Source: an uncultured virus (IMG/VR IMGVR_UViG_3300046501_000552) (lineage: Duplodnaviria; Heunggongvirae; Uroviricota; Caudoviricetes). From it: a stretch of 20,000 nucleotides of DNA. A model generated the notes under the pieces. It saw only the letters and a list, made by a program, of their open reading frames with translations, was not told where the DNA came from and did no database searches. Below are positions 15,562 through 20,000 of the stretch, piece after piece; within the stretch, counting starts at the first letter, position 1, and every line of letters begins with the position of its first letter. Both the position numbers and the translations under genes were made by a program. Location: positions 51,393-71,392 of IMG/VR virus record IMGVR_UViG_3300046501_000552. One strand, given 5' to 3'.

Positions 15562-17634
15562 TTAACGGATCTTGCGGATCAGGTACGCATCACTGCCGAG
15601 GTAGCCCGTGGTGACTTCGAGGATGTGGTCATCTGCCGTACGGATGAAATGCCGGTAGAAGTTATCGTCGACGCCGCTCGTGGCTTGGAAGATGCTTTCC
15701 GCCAAGTTGTACAGCTCCGGCATGTCGCTGGTGATCAACGACGCGATCCGGTCCTTCGGATCGAGTTCGAGTTCCAGCTCCACGGCCGCCGCGCTCAGAT
15801 ACGTGAACGTGTAGTTCGAGGTGAGGTACGTGAGTTTGGGCGGATGTTCCGGCGAATAATCGCGATCCATCAGGAGATTGTCCGTGAGGGCCGCTTCATC
15901 GTCCGGGTGCGAAAACTCCGCAAACGCTGCACGAATGTTCTTCGTCTGGTTGCCCAGGAAGACCACCGAGAACGTTTCGCCGTACCACTTCTCGATCACG
16001 CCCGGCAGATCCGCCACATCGGCCGCGAAATCATGGATGCGGATGTCGCCGATGGAGAGCGACTGCGCGAGCACGCGGTTGATCATCTCGGTGAGCTTGC
16101 GATTGATGGCTGCATAGAGCGGGCCATTCATCACGCCTTCGACCGATTTCATCATTTCCGCGAGTTCTGCGTAGCTCTTCGCTTGCGCGAACGATTGCAA
16201 TGCCCCGCTTTCGTCCTTCAGCGACACAAAGGGCTCAGCCACTTGCGCACGGATGCGATACACATCCGGCACTTGCTCGCTGTCCTTCGTCACGGCCATG
16301 CACTTGAGCGTACCTTGCAGCCACGCCAGATCCAGCGTCGGCTCCAACACCCACGTGTCTTCCACCACCTGCACGAGCGGCTTCTTCGGCGGTGCTTCGC
16401 CCGCCTCCCCATCGCCGACCTTCTCGGTCAGTTCCTTCACCCCGGCCGCAATACGCGTGAGCGTCTGGGCCGATTTGTTGGTATCGATGTACTTCGGCAC
16501 GCTGCCGAATGTAGTTGGGAGGCGATGCTTTTCACGGTCCATCGAAGAGTCCGTCCTTTCTTTCACGAGTTGGATGACAGTGCCGTCGGCCTGCTTTTGC
16601 AGATACAACAGACTGGTACGAGGGTTATACGCCAATGCATACGGCTGACGCACCGACGGCTTCCACACCAGTTTGGTGGAGTCGATATGCTCCGGCTCGT
16701 TACCAGCCGGTTTCGTTTCCACCTGCGTTGCAGGCTTGGCTGCGGGTGCGGACTCACTCCGTTCGCTTGGCGGTACCCAGGACGTCTTCACGTTCGGCAC
16801 GGAAGGTCCTTGGTTGTCACCCGGCTTCTTGTCGAAACGGCTTGTGTTAAAGCTGCCGCTTTCCTGGGCGGGTTCGCCATACTGCACACCCCCGGAGAAC
16901 AGGCCCGACGTTCCACCTTGGTTCAGAGAACCGGCAAACTGCCGCGCAGGAGGACGTTGTTGATTCCAGCCACCGCCCCCCTGGTTGCCCCAGCGCGACT
17001 GTTGCTGCTGGTTCCCCCACTGTTGGCCACCACCGGAGTTGCCCCACTGACGTGCGCCACCCCACTGATTGCCACCGCCTTGATTGCCCCAACCCGCACC
17101 TTGACCACCCTGCGGCGCGCCGCCTTGCATCATCTGCGCGTAAACGGGACTGTTCTTGAACGCATTGATTTCGTTCTGGATGTCGTTTGCCATCTGAACG
17201 AGACCGGTGATATGCGCCTGCATCTGTGGCGGCACCCCTTGTTGCAGCTCCGCGTACTGCACCACTTGGTTTGCCACATACATCTCGACCATCTTCGGGA
17301 TCAGCGCCTGCGCACCTTGCTCCGGATTCTGGAACTTGTTGCTCGCCAACCCGAGCAGGACCCAGTCGACGACACCCATCACGAGACCTGCGAACACCTC
17401 GTTTTGGTAGCCGTTACGGGACACCACGTTGTACGCCATCGTCCGCGGCGGACTATTGGGCGCATTGGTTTGAAAATCGAGCGCGACCGCCGCCGAAATC
17501 ACCGGTATCAAGTCTGCCATGAACCCCGGATACGGAAACTGCGGGACACAGGGCGGATTGTTGATGGCGATAGGCAGTGGAGCGCGTTCTGGATTGTAAG
17601 GGTCCGCAGGCAGACCCGCATTTGACATAACCAT
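15562..17634 (-). CDS. 690-aa protein downstream of the nvRNAP subunit, with a central G/Q/N/W low-complexity region; function unknown
   Basis: Strong RBS (AAGGAAAGGA). A helical N-terminal domain, a disordered WGNQ-repeat linker and a globular C-terminal half. Its position follows the nvRNAP beta gene, as in phiKZ-like synteny. Confidence 0.75.
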   Translation of the reverse strand: MVMSNAGLPADPYNPERAPLPIAINNPPCVPQFPYPGFMADLIPVISAAVALDFQTNAPNSPPRTMAYNVVSRNGYQNEVFAGLVMGVVDWVLLGLASNKFQNPEQGAQALIPKMVEMYVANQVVQYAELQQGVPPQMQAHITGLVQMANDIQNEINAFKNSPVYAQMMQGGAPQGGQGAGWGNQGGGNQWGGARQWGNSGGGQQWGNQQQQSRWGNQGGGGWNQQRPPARQFAGSLNQGGTSGLFSGGVQYGEPAQESGSFNTSRFDKKPGDNQGPSVPNVKTSWVPPSERSESAPAAKPATQVETKPAGNEPEHIDSTKLVWKPSVRQPYALAYNPRTSLLYLQKQADGTVIQLVKERTDSSMDREKHRLPTTFGSVPKYIDTNKSAQTLTRIAAGVKELTEKVGDGEAGEAPPKKPLVQVVEDTWVLEPTLDLAWLQGTLKCMAVTKDSEQVPDVYRIRAQVAEPFVSLKDESGALQSFAQAKSYAELAEMMKSVEGVMNGPLYAAINRKLTEMINRVLAQSLSIGDIRIHDFAADVADLPGVIEKWYGETFSVVFLGNQTKNIRAAFAEFSHPDDEAALTDNLLMDRDYSPEHPPKLTYLTSNYTFTYLSAAAVELELELDPKDRIASLITSDMPELYNLAESIFQATSGVDDNFYRHFIRTADDHILEVTTGYLGSDAYLIRKIR
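16957..17127 (-). repeat. Imperfect (Q/G/R)WG(N/G) coding repeats
   Basis: QGGAPQGGQGAGWGNQGGGNQWGGARQWGNSGGGQQWGNQQQQSRWGNQGGGGWNQQ contains six Trp, five of them as WG. Confidence 0.9.
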
Positions 17635-17689
17635 GGCTTGTTTCCTTTCCTTGTTTTTTGCTTACACTCGATACGTCTACCGAGCGCTT

Positions 17690-19390
17690 TTAGTGAGACG
17701 CACTGAATTGACGGACCCGACTACCGTAGGGTTTCAGCTTGACCTGGGTGGAGTCCAGCAACTCAATGAGAGCCGGGTCGCGCAGCACGACACCCTTGGA
17801 GTCCGTATGCAGATGCGGATTCAAGCGTGCATGCCCGGAAGGATCACTCTTGGGCAGATTCGCATACCCGCCGACTTCACACACCGAAATGTGGATCTTC
17901 TTCGTCGGGTCACTGATTGCCGCGTTGTCCTTCCGCCCCGTTTGGCGACTGGAGCTCGTTTGCGGCACCAACTGGGCGGTCGTTTTGAACGCCTTGTTGT
18001 CGCCAGGACACGAAATCGTCGAGACCTCACCGTGCTTCTTGGTGATCGAGTACACCAGACCGGTCCGCAGCGTCTGGTTCATCATGGTCGTGATTTCTTT
18101 CGTGTTCAGTTCTTTCTTCGAAGCCGCCTTCAGCTTGAAGTAGAACTTGTTGATTTGCTTGGTGATTTCGTCGAGCACGTAATACAGCACCGACAATTCC
18201 TTGTCGTACATGCTACTGACGTGATCCCGCGCCGCGAGAATCCAGTCCTGGAAGTTCTCGAGCACAATACCGAAGAGCTGGTAAATGTCCTCGATCGGCA
18301 TCCCGATGTCGCGGAACTTGATCTTCATCACCTCATCGATGTACTCATCCAGGCTACGGATGTGCTCAGCGATGTCGTCCTCCAGCTTACCTTCGGTGAT
18401 GTTGCTGGAGAACAGCAGATGACCCATCAGAATCATCCACAAGGCACGCTCCCGAGGCTTGGGTGCATCGATCGTGCCCAGATACTTCGGCTGGACGCGG
18501 CTCGGGAAGTGATCGACGATGTAGAAGAACCCACACACCAGGTTTTTGACCATCGGCGTGTAATCCTCCCGGCGGATAGCCAGGCGTATCGTCGTCGGCG
18601 TATACTGCTTAAGCGTATACGTGCGCGCAGGCCGCGTGTGGGTGTTGGTCTTCACGATCACCCAGTCGCTTGGCGGATACTCCGCTTCGCTAATGGTGCT
18701 CGCATCCCCCACGATCGGCACGGTGCCGCCGAAGCGCTGGAACATTTCCGCAAATCCATACTTACACAGCAAGTAGTGAACGAGCGTGGTGTTCGCTTTG
18801 ATGACCGGCTTAAGCTTTTGCATCTTCTGGTTCTTGTTGTACACCAAGGACCAGGCCACGTGAACTGTCTCACGGAAATCCCGCCCCGTGACATCGTTCG
18901 CGAGATAATGCTGCTGCTCGCGCTGGAACGTCAGCTTCGCGCGGATGAGCTTCACGAAGATGGAATCCTCCCCCTTCGAGATTACTCGGTCGGCCAAAAT
19001 CGGCGAGATCACAAAGCGTGAGCCGCCGAGATAAATCACCCCAGCATCGGACACAAACGGGAGATACATGTACCGCTTGATTTCCTCCGTCTTACCGTTC
19101 TTGTCGGTATGGCGAAAGATGTACTTCATCATGTAAATGTCCGACCTGGCCACATCGAACATCCGTTTGTTGTTCTTCTTCCGAGTTGCCTCGTCGAATT
19201 CCTCTTGTGGGGTACAGCGCTCTCCTCTCACATAGGTGAAGCCATCCGGAAAGCCTTTAGCCACGGCTCGGAATACCGAGTCAACCCAGCCTTCAGCTTC
19301 CTGCATGTGCTTCTGTGCCAAGCCGCCCGCCAAATCCGGATTCAATTTGGGGGTGTGTTGATCAATTAGCCGAGAAAGTTCGCGGTCCAT
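17690..19390 (-). CDS. Non-virion RNA polymerase beta-like subunit, N-terminal part (phiKZ gp123-like), 566 aa
   Basis: RYMYLPFVSDAGVIYLGGSRFVISPILADRV matches the RNAP beta N-terminal pattern (P...G.F...G..R.... ). Also C-terminal HISVCEVG..NLPKSDPSG..RLNP, plus CTPQEEF and TTLVHYLLCKYG. Size and context fit the split multisubunit RNAP of phiKZ-like phages. Confidence 0.85.
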   Translation of the reverse strand: MDRELSRLIDQHTPKLNPDLAGGLAQKHMQEAEGWVDSVFRAVAKGFPDGFTYVRGERCTPQEEFDEATRKKNNKRMFDVARSDIYMMKYIFRHTDKNGKTEEIKRYMYLPFVSDAGVIYLGGSRFVISPILADRVISKGEDSIFVKLIRAKLTFQREQQHYLANDVTGRDFRETVHVAWSLVYNKNQKMQKLKPVIKANTTLVHYLLCKYGFAEMFQRFGGTVPIVGDASTISEAEYPPSDWVIVKTNTHTRPARTYTLKQYTPTTIRLAIRREDYTPMVKNLVCGFFYIVDHFPSRVQPKYLGTIDAPKPRERALWMILMGHLLFSSNITEGKLEDDIAEHIRSLDEYIDEVMKIKFRDIGMPIEDIYQLFGIVLENFQDWILAARDHVSSMYDKELSVLYYVLDEITKQINKFYFKLKAASKKELNTKEITTMMNQTLRTGLVYSITKKHGEVSTISCPGDNKAFKTTAQLVPQTSSSRQTGRKDNAAISDPTKKIHISVCEVGGYANLPKSDPSGHARLNPHLHTDSKGVVLRDPALIELLDSTQVKLKPYGSRVRQFSASH

Positions 19391-19445
19391 TCGCTTTGGT
19401 CAATCCTATCAAACTTGCGCATTTAACTGCATCCTCTTAGCATCA

Positions 19446-20000
19446 CTAGCTGCTCTTGCCGAACAGTTTCATGACGATTGGGATGGCTGCCCCGATTCCG
19501 ACTATGATTGTCGGTAACATCTTTACTACTTCACTGCGGTCTTTCCTGTCCAAGCTGCGCTCCTCGTAGCGGTCCTTCATCCTCAGCTTCTCAAGCGCTA
19601 AGAAGTGCTCGATACGCTTTCGCTCCTCTTCCAACTCAGACTCTCGGCGCTCGCGCTTAAAGTCTGCCTCCTTCTGAAGAGCTTCGGCGTGCTTCAGTTT
19701 GAACTCCCACTCACTAATTTCTAGCGCATGCTGCTGCTTCAGCTGATCGTTCTCTCGCCGAAGGTGAGCGGTGGCATGCTCGATCTCTGCTAACTCCCGT
19801 TTCCGGGCGCCAGACAGATCACCCAAATGCTCAGCCTCCTCGTAACTCTTAAAGAGGCCGTACTGGTCTTGATCCGGGCTATCGAGCGGAAGGAACTTGA
19901 CTGTGTACTCACCGGGCTGAAAGACGCCTGTGTCCGGTGTGCTTGAGCCAATGTAGATTCCATTGCGTCGGGTCGGGTCACGAATCGGTCGAACACGATA
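19446..20000 (-). CDS. C-terminal part of a coiled-coil protein with a C-terminal hydrophobic anchor (5' end outside the window)
   Basis: The frame is open from 20000 to the stop at 19446: YRVRPIRDPTRRNGIYI...YGLFKSYEEAEHLGD, then an E/K/R-rich coiled coil, then MLPTIIVGIGAAIPIVMKLF. The ORF track shows only the last 126 aa. Resembles the gene between MCP and the nvRNAP subunit in phiKZ-like phages. Confidence 0.75.
   Translation of the reverse strand, partial: YRVRPIRDPTRRNGIYIGSSTPDTGVFQPGEYTVKFLPLDSPDQDQYGLFKSYEEAEHLGDLSGARKRELAEIEHATAHLRRENDQLKQQHALEISEWEFKLKHAEALQKEADFKRERRESELEEERKRIEHFLALEKLRMKDRYEERSLDRKDRSEVVKMLPTIIVGIGAAIPIVMKLFGKSS

Noticed and set aside
15625..19021. Long plus-strand ORFs 15625-17625 (666 aa) and 17633-19021 (462 aa)
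   Set aside because: Antisense shadows of the 690-aa gene and the nvRNAP subunit, with unnatural composition and no recognisable domains.
1..20000. CRISPR array, intron/intein, integrase or transposase
   Set aside because: No regularly spaced direct repeats, no interrupted core genes and no recombinase or transposase motifs were seen by eye.

Overview
This window looks like part of the genome of a phiKZ-like, nucleus-forming jumbo phage (Chimalliviridae-type). It is visibly GC-rich, which suggests a GC-rich Gram-negative host (inference, not computed). Almost all genes are on the minus strand. Right to left: a partial coiled-coil/TM protein; the N-terminal beta-like subunit of the non-virion RNA polymerase (phiKZ gp123-like); a 690-aa protein with a W-G-N-Q low-complexity segment; a ~6.2 kb accessory block (9111-15353); the portal gene (the only clear plus-strand gene); two probable virion structural genes; a RuvC resolvase; a separated i-spanin/o-spanin pair; a membrane protein; and a partial CYTH/TTM-fold protein that the ORF track misses. 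The accessory block is the most interesting part. It has (i) five small paralogs that look like degenerate P-loop modules, plus a sixth member with an intact Walker A; (ii) a protein whose first ~220 aa resemble an internal segment of the phiKZ-type major capsid protein; (iii) a possible second paralog pair; and (iv) intergenic hairpins boxed by CATAA...TTATG. All family assignments come from motif recognition and recalled gene order, not from database searches.
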